This document shows, piece by piece, positions 51,180-61,303 of a stretch of 64,000 nt of DNA. Below the pieces are notes generated by a model. That model made no database searches and was not told the DNA's origin. It saw only the letters and a program-made list of their open reading frames with translations. The position numbers and the translations under genes were made by a program. Source of the DNA: Acidobacteriota bacterium (GTDB lineage: Bacteria > Acidobacteriota > CAIWXX01); NCBI GenBank assembly GCA_040755995.1, contig JBFMAF010000043.1, positions 32,001 to 96,000 on the forward strand, given 5' to 3'. The first letter of the stretch is position 1. Every line of letters starts with the position of its first letter.

Positions 51180-52930
51180 TCTCGCGCTCTCAGGCACCGC
51201 ACGATCGTCCGGTGGACCTCGTTGATCGACAGCGGTTTGGACAAGACGGCGTCGAATAGCCCTTCTACGAAGCCGTCCGGCGGCAGAGGCCTTCCCGTCA
51301 TGCAGATCACGGGAAGCGCATGGCCGGCATTGTGGATTCGATGAGCGAGCTTCTCGCCGTCCTCCACGGGCATGTGCCAGTCGGTGAGGACAAGGTCAAG
51401 CGCAGAGGGATCCGAGCGAAGCCTGGACCAGGCGTCTGCGCCGCCGGGGCTCACGGTGACGCGGTACCCGAGTTGCTTGAGGCGCATGCTCAGCATCTGG
51501 CGGATGGACGTGTCGTCTTCCACGACCAGGATGCGCTCGCCGCTGCCTGAAGCGGGGATGTCCTCTTCCGCGCCGGGCCGGGCCACAGCGCTTTCGCCGC
51601 TCTCCGGCAACAGGATCGTGAAAGTGGAGCCCGATCCGAGGGAGCTTTCGACGGTGATGCGGCCGTTGTGCGCCGAGATGATGCCATAGACGACTGCCAG
51701 GCCGAGTCCGGTGTTGCCATCGGCTGATTTCGTGGTGAAGTACGGCTCGAAGATGCGTTCCATCGTCTCGCGATTCATGCCTGTTCCGTGGTCGGTCACG
51801 CGGACGCGGCACATGCGACGGTCGCCCTCGCGCGTGCGGTCGAGAGAGAAGGAGAGCGAGCCGCCGTTCTCTCTCATCGCCTCGAGCGCATTGACGGCAA
51901 GATTCAGGAAGACCTGATAGAGCTTCACCGGGTCGCCGAGAACGGGCCACGGCCCGGCTCCCGCTGTCTCCTTGTGAACCGTGACGTTGGTGGGAACGAG
52001 CGTCTGGGCCGATTCCATGAAGGCATCGACCTCCTCGCCGAGGTCGAGCGCTTCCATCTGATCGCGTGCGACGCTCTGCCGGCCGAACTCACGGATCTGC
52101 TGGACGATCTTCTTTCCACGCAAAGAAGACTCCACGATCTGGGACACCGGGAAGGCCAGCGTACCATCCCCGGCCTTCTCCTGCAGCATCTCCGCATAGC
52201 CCAGAATCGTTGTGAGGATGTTGTTGAAGTCGTGGGCGATTCCGCTCGACAGCGTCCCCACCGCCTCCAGCTTCTGCTTCTCATACATCCGTTGTTCCAG
52301 TGCCTGACGGTCCTCTCGAAGGATGATTCCCCGTCTCAAGGTCTCGGAGAAGAGCAGTACGAAGAACACAGAAAGAAAGGCGTATCCGCTGGTGTAGTAG
52401 ACCGACAGGCCGACGGCGATCTTCGGGTCGCCCATACCCTTCAAGGCGTCGCGAAGCGGAAGGAAGCCGAGGGTTTCGAATAGCTCCACCACGACCACGT
52501 CAAAGAGGAGAATCAGACCAACGATTCGCAACAGCCGGACGTTTTCCCGCGCGAACGGCGAGGGATCGCCGGTGCACCGCACGATGCGCCTGAGAATCAC
52601 GATGACGAGGATGACCATGGCCATCCGGAGCAGCACCAGACCCTGATCCCTGAGCCAGAGCTGCTTCAGAAGAGCCTCCGGGATCTTCGCCCGGTAGGTC
52701 AGTGACAGGCCGTTGAAAGTGAACCGGTAGAATGGGTTCTTGATCTCATCGCTGAGCCCGCAGATCGTGTGGTCGCTCCAGGGTACCCACCTGACGAATC
52801 CGGGGCCGCTGGCTGCCACGCCGATCCAATTCATGGAATGAACTGCTAGCAGGACGGCCGTGCCCCAGAGAATGATGCTCAGCGTGATGCTGAGGACCAT
52901 CAGAAATCGGTGCTTTCGTGATTCCATCAT
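51161..52930 (-). CDS. Hybrid sensor histidine kinase with DUF2975-like membrane input domain and C-terminal receiver
   Basis: H-box AHDFNN, NLAVNA, DHGTG, GTGLG-like GNTGLG, and receiver VVEDD/LTD/KP. AGGAG precedes ATG 52930; the ORF-track extension is antisense to the ABC gene. Confidence 0.88.
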   Translation of the reverse strand: MMESRKHRFLMVLSITLSIILWGTAVLLAVHSMNWIGVAASGPGFVRWVPWSDHTICGLSDEIKNPFYRFTFNGLSLTYRAKIPEALLKQLWLRDQGLVLLRMAMVILVIVILRRIVRCTGDPSPFARENVRLLRIVGLILLFDVVVVELFETLGFLPLRDALKGMGDPKIAVGLSVYYTSGYAFLSVFFVLLFSETLRRGIILREDRQALEQRMYEKQKLEAVGTLSSGIAHDFNNILTTILGYAEMLQEKAGDGTLAFPVSQIVESSLRGKKIVQQIREFGRQSVARDQMEALDLGEEVDAFMESAQTLVPTNVTVHKETAGAGPWPVLGDPVKLYQVFLNLAVNALEAMRENGGSLSFSLDRTREGDRRMCRVRVTDHGTGMNRETMERIFEPYFTTKSADGNTGLGLAVVYGIISAHNGRITVESSLGSGSTFTILLPESGESAVARPGAEEDIPASGSGERILVVEDDTSIRQMLSMRLKQLGYRVTVSPGGADAWSRLRSDPSALDLVLTDWHMPVEDGEKLAHRIHNAGHALPVICMTGRPLPPDGFVEGLFDAVLSKPLSINEVHRTIVRCLRARDQDRKR

Positions 52931-53086
52931 GTCGCTCCTGATCGGTGCTTCTCCATGTAACGATAATGCAAAACGACCCGGTCGGCCATGCGGTCCACCA
53001 CATTTGACTGAAAGGAGACACGGCGGAGACGTGGAGGAGATATCTCTTCCGTACATATAGGGTGAACGGACAGAGAAAGGAAGGCA

Positions 53087-53956
53087 GTGATGATCTTGGA
53101 AGTCTCCGCTGTATCGAAGACATATGCGGGCGGGATCCAGGCGTTGAAGGACGTCACGCTGACGATTCCGGCCGGCATGTTCGGACTGGTCGGACCCAAT
53201 GGCGCAGGCAAGTCCACGCTGATGCGGTCGATCGCAACGCTTCAAGAGATCAACTCCGGAACGATCAGCTTCAACGGGCTGGACGTTATGAAGAACCGGA
53301 TGGCGGTCCGCGAGCAGCTCGGGTATCTCCCGCAGGACTTCGGGCTGTACCCGACGGTCAGTGCCTGGACGCTTCTCAATTACTTCGCCGCCCTCAAGGG
53401 GATCACCGGTCGTTCGGAACGCCATCGGACGGTGGAAGGACTGCTGAAACGCACCAACCTGTGGGACGTGCGCAAGCGCAAGTTGAAGACCTATTCCGGC
53501 GGGATGCGGCAGAGGTTCGGCATTGCCCAGGCGCTGCTGGGGGATCCGAAGCTCATCATCGTTGACGAACCGACCGCGGGCCTGGACCCGGAGGAACGAA
53601 ACCGATTCCTCAACTTGCTGAGTGAAATCGGGGGGCAGGTCGTGGTGATCCTCTCGACTCACATCGTCGTCGACGTGAGCGATCTCTGCTCGAACATGGC
53701 CATCATTGCCAACGGAGAGGTGAGGATGACGGGCAGCCCTCGCGAGGAGCTCCGGAAGCTCGATGGCAGGATCTGGGTCAAGTCGGTCGAACGTCATGAG
53801 CTCGATGTGTACGGCCAGCGCTTCTCGATCCTCTCGACCCATCTCCGAGAGGGCAGGCCCCACATCCGCATCTTCGCCGGCCAGCGCCCTGACGAGTCGT
53901 TCGAGCCCGCGGCTCCGGAGCTCGATGACGTCTACTTCCGGTACCTGAGGAACTGA
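53087..53956 (+). CDS. ABC transporter ATP-binding protein
   Basis: GPNGAGKS, YSGGM, IIVDEP. Confidence 0.95.
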   Translation: MMILEVSAVSKTYAGGIQALKDVTLTIPAGMFGLVGPNGAGKSTLMRSIATLQEINSGTISFNGLDVMKNRMAVREQLGYLPQDFGLYPTVSAWTLLNYFAALKGITGRSERHRTVEGLLKRTNLWDVRKRKLKTYSGGMRQRFGIAQALLGDPKLIIVDEPTAGLDPEERNRFLNLLSEIGGQVVVILSTHIVVDVSDLCSNMAIIANGEVRMTGSPREELRKLDGRIWVKSVERHELDVYGQRFSILSTHLREGRPHIRIFAGQRPDESFEPAAPELDDVYFRYLRN

Positions 53957-54050
53957 CATGTTGCGGCGCAGCGTCCTGAGGAATGTGGATGCACGTTCGG
54001 ACACGCTCCAGACGCGGCCTGGAACGCGCGCGTGTCTGTGAGGATGCCCC

Positions 54051-57000
54051 ATGTGGAAACGGATGATCGGGTTCGAAATCCAGTACCGCCTCCAGCAGCC
54101 CTTCATTCACATATTCGCAATCGCGATCTTTGTGCTGGCGTTCGAAGGGACCGTGTCCACCGCGGTGGAGATCGGTGGGTCTGTCGGCCAGGTCGCGCGG
54201 AATGCCCCTTACGTGATCACGCGGTTCTTGATCATCTTCAGCATGATGGGCACCATCCTGCTCACCGCGTTCGTCGCCACGGCCGTGAACCGGGACCACG
54301 AGATCGGCATCCAGCAGATGGTCCTTGCGACTCCGGTCCGCAAGGCACCCTACCTGCTCGGCCGGTTCGCCGCGTCCCTGCTCCTTTCGGTGATCGCGGT
54401 CGCAGCGTCGACGGCCGGGATGACCTCGGGGAGCCTGATGCCGTTTCTCGATCCGGCCCGCCTGGCCCCGTTCTCGATCTGGCCCTACATGTCGGGGATG
54501 CTCATCTACGTCGCGCCGAATCTCCTGATCGTCGGCGCCATCATGTTCGCGGCCTCGACACTGACCCGCCGGATAATCTACGCCTACGTGGCCCTCATCG
54601 GCTTCTTCACGCTGTGGGGCCTGGCCGTCGCCTTCGCCGCCGATCTGGAATGGCAGTTTCTGGCGGCGCTCATCGATCCCTCCGGCTTTACGACATACCG
54701 TGTGATCACGCGATACTGGACGATTCTGGAGAAGAACACGTTGGTAGTCCCAATCACGGCCCCCCTCGTTCTGAATCGCTTGATCTGGATGGGCATCGCC
54801 GCGACCATCCTTGCTTTCACGACTCTCCGCTACCGCATGAACACCGAAGAGGCCGGGAGACAGGGGCGGACACGCGTCGTGGATGCTCCGGCGACCGGAC
54901 CGGCCCGTGAGACGCCGGCGCATCACCTCCCAGCCACGCTGCGGCCGTCCCTTCCGGCCACGCTTCTCACCATGGCGGCTCTGGACACGAGACAGGTGAT
55001 GAAGAGCCTCCCGTTCGTGTTCATGATGGGGTTCGGTCTCTTCAACCTCACCGGGAACATGTTGTTCGGCACTGGAGGGACGATCCACTATCCCGTGACC
55101 TGTCTGATGCTGCGTGAGATCCAGAACGGCTACGACCAGCTCCTCATGATCGTGCTGGTTGTCTACGCCGGGTGGCTGGTGTTTCGCGATCGGGACACGC
55201 GGATTCATGAGATGACCGGCTCCCTGCCGACCCGCGACTGGGTTCCTGTCGCGTCGAACGTGCTCACGTTGGCGGCGGTCACTCTGATCGCACTCCTCCT
55301 GGCCATGGGCGTGACGATCGGCTTCCAGATTCTCTCCGGATTCACTGACATCGAGTTCTTCCTCTACGGCAAGGGGCTCTTCCTCAGGGCTTTCAGCTAC
55401 TGGATGCTGGTGTCGGCGCTCTCGGTCTCGCTCCATTCCATCCTGAACAACCGGTATCTCGGCTACCTGGCCGTAATCGCAGTGCTGTTCTCGGCCACGA
55501 CAGTCCTGCCCAAGGTCGGCGTCCACCATCACCTGCTCCTTTACGCCACCACCCCGGAGGTGATCTACACGGACATGAACGGTTACGGCCACTTTGCGAA
55601 GCCGCTTGCGGTGTTCCACCTCTACTGGTGGGCGTTCACCGGTCTCCTGTTGACTCTGGCCGCCACGATGCGGGTCCGGGCGGCAGGCGATCGACTGCGC
55701 GTCCGTCTGCGTGACGCGCGAAACCGGTTCACTGGCGGTTTCAAGGCTGCCGCCGGGATTCTCATGCTGTCGTTTCTGGGGCTGGGCGCCTACATCTACT
55801 ACAACACCAACGTTTTGAACAAGCACCAGACGGAGGATGACCAGGACCGGTTGGCGGCGGACTACGAGAGGACCTACCTCAGGTACTGGACCATGCCCAG
55901 ACCGACCCTCACCGCTGTATCGCTGGGGGTCGATCTGTTCCCGGAAGAGCGCCGCGCCGACATGAGGGCACGGCTCTCGCTCCAGAATCGCACCGACCGT
56001 GCGCTGAGCGAAATCCATGTGACGTGGAACCCGGACCTGACCATCAACCGGATCGACTGCGGCCAGGCAGATCTCGCGCATGACGATTCAAGGCTCGGGT
56101 ACCGCATCTACCGTCTGCATCGACCGCTAATGCCCGGCGAATCCCTCGATCTGAAAACCGACCTCACCTTCCGGACCGCGGGATTCGTGAACGGCCAGGC
56201 GAACCAGCATTTCCTGCGGAACGGTACGTTCTTCACCAACTACGAGTACGTCCCGATCGTCGGGTACAACCCGCACCGCGAACTGGGCGATCCGCAGAAG
56301 CGCAAGAAGCTGGGATTGCCGGAGAAGCCGCGTGAGCCGTCCAACCTGGACCCGTCGAATGGCCGGTTCCCGCTGATGCCGAACGGAAGCTGGATCCAGT
56401 TCGATGCAGTCCTGAGCACCAGCCCCGATCAGACCGCCATCGCACCGGGGTACCTGATTCGCGAATGGAGCAAGAACGGCAGGCGGTTCGCACACTACAA
56501 GATGGACAGGCCCATGCTGAACTTCTATTCCGTCCAGTCCTCGCGCTACGCTGTGAAGCGATCTGAATGGAACGGGATCACCATCGAAGTCTTCTATCAT
56601 CCAGAGCACCCGTACAACGTGGATCGGATGATCGAGGCGATCCAGAGGACGCTTGCGTACTGCACCGAGGCGTTCGGCCCGTACCCCAATCGCCAGATTC
56701 GGGTGGTGGAATTCCCCGGCTTCAAGGACTATGCTCAGGCGTTCCCGAACACGCTCCCCTGCTCGGAGAGCGCCGGTTTCACCGAGGATGTGCGCAATCC
56801 CAGAACGATCGACGTGGTCTTCTTCATCACAGCGCACGAGACCGCTCACCAGTGGTGGGGCCACCAGGTCGAGGCCGCCTACGCCGAAGGCGCCAACATG
56901 ATCGTCGAGTCGGTCACGCAGTACTCGGCGTTCATGGTGATGGAGAAGACCTACGGCCCCGAGCGAATGAGCCGGTTCCTGCGCCACGAGCTCGATCGAT

Positions 57001-57608
57001 ACCTGAGCGGGCGGGGGAACGAGAGGAAGGGAGAGAGCCCGCTCATCCGCGTGGACAGCTCTCAACCGTACATCTTCTACAGCAAGGGCGGGCTGGCGAT
57101 GCTGGCGCTGAAAGAGGCCGTCGGCGAAGCGGCGCTGAACCGTACGCTGCGGGCCTTTCTGGAGAGATGGAAGTACTCCGAAGCGACCTACGCACTATCC
57201 AACGATCTTTACGCCGCCCTCGAGAGAGGTACGCCGGAGCAGTACCGCGGCCTGCTCCACGATCTGTTCCAGGACATCATCCTCTACGATCTCCGGACCA
57301 CGGGCGCGTCCGCCGCAAGCAACCCGAACGGGACCTGGGTTCTCAGGCAGGAGGTCAAGGTTCGTAAGATCCGCGCAGACGGTCTCGGCAAGGAGACCGA
57401 CATCCCCTGCAAGGACGAGATCGAGCTCGGCGTGTACGGAACCGATCCGCACCGGCCGCTGGTCCGTGAGCGGAGAACCCTCGAGGCCGGAACTCACACC
57501 CTGAGCTATACGCTTCGAGAGAAACCGCTCAAGGCCGGCATCGACCCAAGGCACTTGCTCATCGATCGGGTGCCGTCGGACAACGCGCGCGAGGTGCGGG
57601 TGGACTAG
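54051..57608 (+). CDS. ABC-2 type permease fused to an M1 (gluzincin) aminopeptidase domain
   Basis: About 600 aa multi-TM region, then AQAFP, HETAHQWWG..E and YSKG. Confidence 0.9.
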   Translation: MWKRMIGFEIQYRLQQPFIHIFAIAIFVLAFEGTVSTAVEIGGSVGQVARNAPYVITRFLIIFSMMGTILLTAFVATAVNRDHEIGIQQMVLATPVRKAPYLLGRFAASLLLSVIAVAASTAGMTSGSLMPFLDPARLAPFSIWPYMSGMLIYVAPNLLIVGAIMFAASTLTRRIIYAYVALIGFFTLWGLAVAFAADLEWQFLAALIDPSGFTTYRVITRYWTILEKNTLVVPITAPLVLNRLIWMGIAATILAFTTLRYRMNTEEAGRQGRTRVVDAPATGPARETPAHHLPATLRPSLPATLLTMAALDTRQVMKSLPFVFMMGFGLFNLTGNMLFGTGGTIHYPVTCLMLREIQNGYDQLLMIVLVVYAGWLVFRDRDTRIHEMTGSLPTRDWVPVASNVLTLAAVTLIALLLAMGVTIGFQILSGFTDIEFFLYGKGLFLRAFSYWMLVSALSVSLHSILNNRYLGYLAVIAVLFSATTVLPKVGVHHHLLLYATTPEVIYTDMNGYGHFAKPLAVFHLYWWAFTGLLLTLAATMRVRAAGDRLRVRLRDARNRFTGGFKAAAGILMLSFLGLGAYIYYNTNVLNKHQTEDDQDRLAADYERTYLRYWTMPRPTLTAVSLGVDLFPEERRADMRARLSLQNRTDRALSEIHVTWNPDLTINRIDCGQADLAHDDSRLGYRIYRLHRPLMPGESLDLKTDLTFRTAGFVNGQANQHFLRNGTFFTNYEYVPIVGYNPHRELGDPQKRKKLGLPEKPREPSNLDPSNGRFPLMPNGSWIQFDAVLSTSPDQTAIAPGYLIREWSKNGRRFAHYKMDRPMLNFYSVQSSRYAVKRSEWNGITIEVFYHPEHPYNVDRMIEAIQRTLAYCTEAFGPYPNRQIRVVEFPGFKDYAQAFPNTLPCSESAGFTEDVRNPRTIDVVFFITAHETAHQWWGHQVEAAYAEGANMIVESVTQYSAFMVMEKTYGPERMSRFLRHELDRYLSGRGNERKGESPLIRVDSSQPYIFYSKGGLAMLALKEAVGEAALNRTLRAFLERWKYSEATYALSNDLYAALERGTPEQYRGLLHDLFQDIILYDLRTTGASAASNPNGTWVLRQEVKVRKIRADGLGKETDIPCKDEIELGVYGTDPHRPLVRERRTLEAGTHTLSYTLREKPLKAGIDPRHLLIDRVPSDNAREVRVD

Positions 57609-57624
57609 CTGGGGGTCGCGTTCC

Positions 57625-57812
57625 GCTTGCGACATGAGATGCCCATGACAGCGACGTCGGCATCCGAGCGGGCATCGAGCGCGGGCAGCAGCATGCGGGC
57701 GCAGGCCGTATCCGAGCTCCTCGCGCCCCACGTGAAGGAAAGCCCACTTGTCAGCCTTGAAGAAGGGGGAGAATCCCATGGAGCGCCACGTCGCAGCTGA
57801 AATGGATCATCA
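57625..57812 (-). repeat. Second displaced oxidoreductase 3'-end fragment plus shared arm
   Basis: Encodes ACARMLLPALDARSDADVAVMGISCRK; direct repeat of 50232-50417. Confidence 0.85.
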
Positions 57813-57850
57813 GTATGGTGCGCGGTCTCCCGCAGCCATGGTTCGCCGCT

Positions 57851-58852
57851 TCACCGCAGCACGCGGAGGGCGTTCAGCGTGATCCACTTGCTGGGCTTGC
57901 CCTTCTGTTCGACATCCACCTGGAACTTTCCGTTGAACGTATCCTGGAGCAGCCAACGGCCGTCCGGCCTCTGTCTCGATCGTATCAGATCGATTGCATC
58001 CTTCAGGCGCTCGTCCCTGCAGCCCAGCCCGAGCAGCAGCAGTGTGATTTCCAGGACGTCCGTCTGGTACATCCGCGGGAAGCCGAAGCGAGTCCAGCCG
58101 GGCTTCGCCACCCGGCTGAGATTGTGACTCCGCTTGAAAACGTGGTGGCGCAACAGAAACTCGACTCCCGCCTCGATCGCACGTCGAACCGCGGCCGAGC
58201 GGCGCTTCGCCGGGATAGCGGCGAACGCCTTGAGCCCCTTGACCACGCCCATGAAGCACGTGTGCCGACCGTAACACATCTCCCACCGGTTGTACGGCCA
58301 GTCGCGCGGTGGAGCGGACTCGCCGTCATCGAAGCGCAGGTAGCGCGTGAGCCATTCCACCCCGCGACCCACCCGCTCGTCACCGAGGTATCCAAGCCGC
58401 AACAGGCTCCAGACGACGTTCCCGGTGAGGCACGGCACCACGCCACTCGGCAGCCCTCCGCCCGTGCGCTTCGCGCTCTGGTAAGAGAACCCGCCGCTCA
58501 CGGGGTCCTGGCTGTTTGCGAGTACGAACTCGCATCCACGCCGCACGCGTGCATCGTCCCCGTCGGCAAGGTGTTCCGCGAGCACGATCAGTTGCCACAC
58601 CGTGCCCCGGTACTTCGCCGTATAGAAGGAGTCGGGGTTTCCCCAATGGCCGCCAGGCTCCTGCCGCTCGAGAATGGCGGCTACGACGCCCGTTCTCATG
58701 ATCGCCTTGCGCGACTCGCGGGCGGCAGGGTTGCGGCAGGATCGTCCGAGAAGGTCGGTCAGGGTCAGGTAGCTCACCGTCGGGTTCTCTGGCTCCACCA
58801 GCCAGTCGATCGCATCGCTGCACACGCGGCCCGTCGAAGCCCCTGCCAGCAT
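57851..58852 (-). CDS. Prenyltransferase/squalene-cyclase-like repeat protein
   Basis: QEPGGHW, QRPDGRW, PCLTGN, SKWIT..AL. Confidence 0.75.
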   Translation of the reverse strand: MLAGASTGRVCSDAIDWLVEPENPTVSYLTLTDLLGRSCRNPAARESRKAIMRTGVVAAILERQEPGGHWGNPDSFYTAKYRGTVWQLIVLAEHLADGDDARVRRGCEFVLANSQDPVSGGFSYQSAKRTGGGLPSGVVPCLTGNVVWSLLRLGYLGDERVGRGVEWLTRYLRFDDGESAPPRDWPYNRWEMCYGRHTCFMGVVKGLKAFAAIPAKRRSAAVRRAIEAGVEFLLRHHVFKRSHNLSRVAKPGWTRFGFPRMYQTDVLEITLLLLGLGCRDERLKDAIDLIRSRQRPDGRWLLQDTFNGKFQVDVEQKGKPSKWITLNALRVLR

Positions 58853-59048
58853 GGTCCCTCCTCAGTACCGTCGTCGAGCGTCTCTTGGTCCACCGCCTGC
58901 GATGTTCAAATCGTCTTGCATCGAACACCCCGACGGTACGCCGGATCGTCGAGACGAACAAGTTCGCAGAGGTCAGGAGCATGTACTCGATGCGCTGCGA
59001 ATCTGTCTACCTCGCCACGCCTACCATTCGGCCGCGCTATGATGTGAA

Positions 59049-59399
59049 CTATTTCAAGGGGAGGTACTGGACATATTGGGTGAGTTCATGCGGCTCGGCA
59101 ACTTTGGCGAGCAACTCCAGGTCTCCCACGATCTCCCCGATCGTCATCTGAAGTTGATGCGCGTAGATGACGCCGAGGAACGGGTCGCCTTTCTCTTGCC
59201 ACAGGTGCGCTTCTCGCAAGAAGTCCTCGTCCTGTGTGAACACCACCCTGCCGAGCTCGCGGGCCCGATGGAGCAACTCTGGGTCTTTGCGGCCTCGGCG
59301 ACCGTCATCCTGGACGGTCAGCACGTCGACTCCGGCGAGATCCAGAGCGAGCGCTATGGCCACGGGCACGTGTTCATCCATATACAGACGAAGAGTCAA
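59049..59399 (-). CDS. DUF5615 PIN-like protein (putative toxin)
   Basis: LYMDEHVP, DPEL, TQDEDF. Confidence 0.85.
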   Translation of the reverse strand: MTLRLYMDEHVPVAIALALDLAGVDVLTVQDDGRRGRKDPELLHRARELGRVVFTQDEDFLREAHLWQEKGDPFLGVIYAHQLQMTIGEIVGDLELLAKVAEPHELTQYVQYLPLK

Positions 59400-59716
59400 C
59401 TCAGCCGTCCTTCCGTCCTCAGGCGGCGGACGAACGGTGACTCGCCGGCCTCCGTCCTAAGCCGGGCAACCCGGCGAAGCTGTTCGTGGATCTCACTGTC
59501 CATTTCGGCCTTGTGATCGTAGTAGTAGGAGAGCGCCGCATGGATATGCGCCAGGCCTATCTGCCGATAGTGCTGGAAGTAGATCTCCTCGGCAGTCCAT
59601 CCATGCGCGATGTGGTCTAGTACGATCTCCAGGACCTTGCACGTAGTACCTTCAACCCATGCACGTCCAGCCTCATCAATGAGGATGTGCGGAACTGAAA
59701 CAAGAGTCGGAGCCAT
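59396..59716 (-). CDS. DUF433 protein (putative antitoxin)
   Basis: GWTAEEI..IHAALSYYYDH; overlaps the PIN gene start. Confidence 0.85.
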   Translation of the reverse strand: MAPTLVSVPHILIDEAGRAWVEGTTCKVLEIVLDHIAHGWTAEEIYFQHYRQIGLAHIHAALSYYYDHKAEMDSEIHEQLRRVARLRTEAGESPFVRRLRTEGRLS

Positions 59717-59880
59717 GGTGTCTCACCTCCTATGAGAATCCAGCGACGTGCGCGCCTCGCTGGCCTGCTCAAGCTGTCTGGTAGGCCTTGAGGAAGCCCT
59801 CACGGCTAATGTCGCATTGTCTTCAGACCTCAGTACCCGTAAGTATAATACAAGTCACCACGGCCTTAACGCCAGTCTGC

Positions 59881-59915
59881 ACCCGCCAACCCGCCAACCC
59901 GCCAACCCCAACCCC
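59881..59915. repeat. Octamer tandem repeat ACCCGCCA
   Basis: Three exact units plus degenerate ones. Confidence 0.7.
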
Positions 59916-59953
59916 GACCTCGACGCCGTATTCCAGCGGCAACAAAGGTGGCG

Positions 59954-61303
59954 TCAGGCGCGGGGAGCGGGGATGACGGCGGCTTTTCGCAGCATCTCGG
60001 CTACGTGCGATGCTTCGCGGCCGGCGAAGTGCGCGATCTGCTTGCGGCAGGAGATGCCCATGACGGCCACGTCGGCATCCGGGCGGGCATCGAGCGCCGG
60101 CAGCAGCATGCGCGCGCAGGCCGCCTTCGACGTCTCGTAGTGCTCGACCTCGTAGCCGAACGCGCCGGCCATCCCGCAGCAGGCCGCGTCGACCAGCTCG
60201 GCGCGATAGCCCGCCTGGTTCAGCAGAGAGATCGTCTTGGCCGGGCTCGCGAACGCCTTCTGCTGGCAGTGCCCGTGGAAGAGCAGCGGTCTGGCGTCGT
60301 CAGGCGCGGCCTTGAACGAGAGCTCGAGTTCCTTCCGCTCCGCCAGCATTACCAGGAATTCGTCGATCAGCAGGCTGTGCTGAGCCACTACCGCCGCCTT
60401 GTCTAGCAGCTGCGTCTTACGGAGCAGCTCCGGGTACTCGTCACGCAGCGTCAGCAGGCAGGACGGCTCGCAGCCGACGACATAGGTACCCTTGGACGCC
60501 GGCTCATACAGGCGCTCCACATTCACCCGCGCGTGCTCGGCGGCCCTGTCCAGAAACCCCTTCGAAATCATCGGGCGGCCGCAACAGACAGTGTCCGACA
60601 GCTCGACGCGATACCCTGCGGCCTCGATCAGCTCGGTCGCTGCGACGCCGACTTGCGGCGAATCGAAGTCCATGAATGTGTCGTGAAATAGGATCACAGC
60701 TCCGCGGTGCCCGTCCCCGACCGGCGTGTGCTGCCGGAACCAGGCGGGGAAGGAGATCGATGCGAACGGCGGCAACGAGCGGGCCTTGTGTATCCCCAGC
60801 ACGTGATGGGCCGCGAAGCCGGCTCCGGGAATTCGTAGCAGCCAGTTGCTGACCGGAGCCGTCGCGCTGGCGACGCGCGAAATCCTGTGGATGTTCGCAA
60901 AAAACTTGGACCGCAGCGATCTGCCGTGCGCTCGATACTGCTGTGCCGCGGCAGCCATGTACTGCCGGCCGTCGCCGAGCTGGCCGGCCTGGACCATGTT
61001 GGCCAACGGGCCGGCGCGCACCGTTCGCAACAACCGCATCACGCGCGCCGGATTGACGTTTTTCGGACAGACGGTTGCGCAGGTCAGGCATCCGGCGCAC
61101 TCCCAGGTCGTGTCCACCTCTATCGCACGCTCGACGTCGCCGATCTGAAGCAGCCGGATGACCTGTTGCGGCGAGAATGAGAAAGGGCACGAGGCCGTGC
61201 ACTTCCCGCACTGATTGCAGGCGAAGATGTTCTGGTTGCTGTAGTCCTCGATAGCCTCGATCAGGCCGTCCTCGACCGAACCGCGCGGCAGCATCAGGTT
61301 CAT
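59954..61303 (-). CDS. Fe-S oxidoreductase: HdrC-like 2x[4Fe-4S] domain plus CCG domains (GlpC/HdrD-like)
   Basis: CNQCGKCTASCP, CAGCLTCATVCP, CCGRP, EPSC, HGHCQ, CCGMAG. Confidence 0.88.
   Translation of the reverse strand: MNLMLPRGSVEDGLIEAIEDYSNQNIFACNQCGKCTASCPFSFSPQQVIRLLQIGDVERAIEVDTTWECAGCLTCATVCPKNVNPARVMRLLRTVRAGPLANMVQAGQLGDGRQYMAAAAQQYRAHGRSLRSKFFANIHRISRVASATAPVSNWLLRIPGAGFAAHHVLGIHKARSLPPFASISFPAWFRQHTPVGDGHRGAVILFHDTFMDFDSPQVGVAATELIEAAGYRVELSDTVCCGRPMISKGFLDRAAEHARVNVERLYEPASKGTYVVGCEPSCLLTLRDEYPELLRKTQLLDKAAVVAQHSLLIDEFLVMLAERKELELSFKAAPDDARPLLFHGHCQQKAFASPAKTISLLNQAGYRAELVDAACCGMAGAFGYEVEHYETSKAACARMLLPALDARPDADVAVMGISCRKQIAHFAGREASHVAEMLRKAAVIPAPRA

Noticed and set aside
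57851..58852. Possible nifH label sometimes given to this family
   Set aside because: It has no P-loop or nitrogenase Fe-protein Cys motifs.
50178..60123. Repeats as a DGR template/variable pair
   Set aside because: The differences are not adenine-specific (many are third-position changes), and no reverse transcriptase is present.
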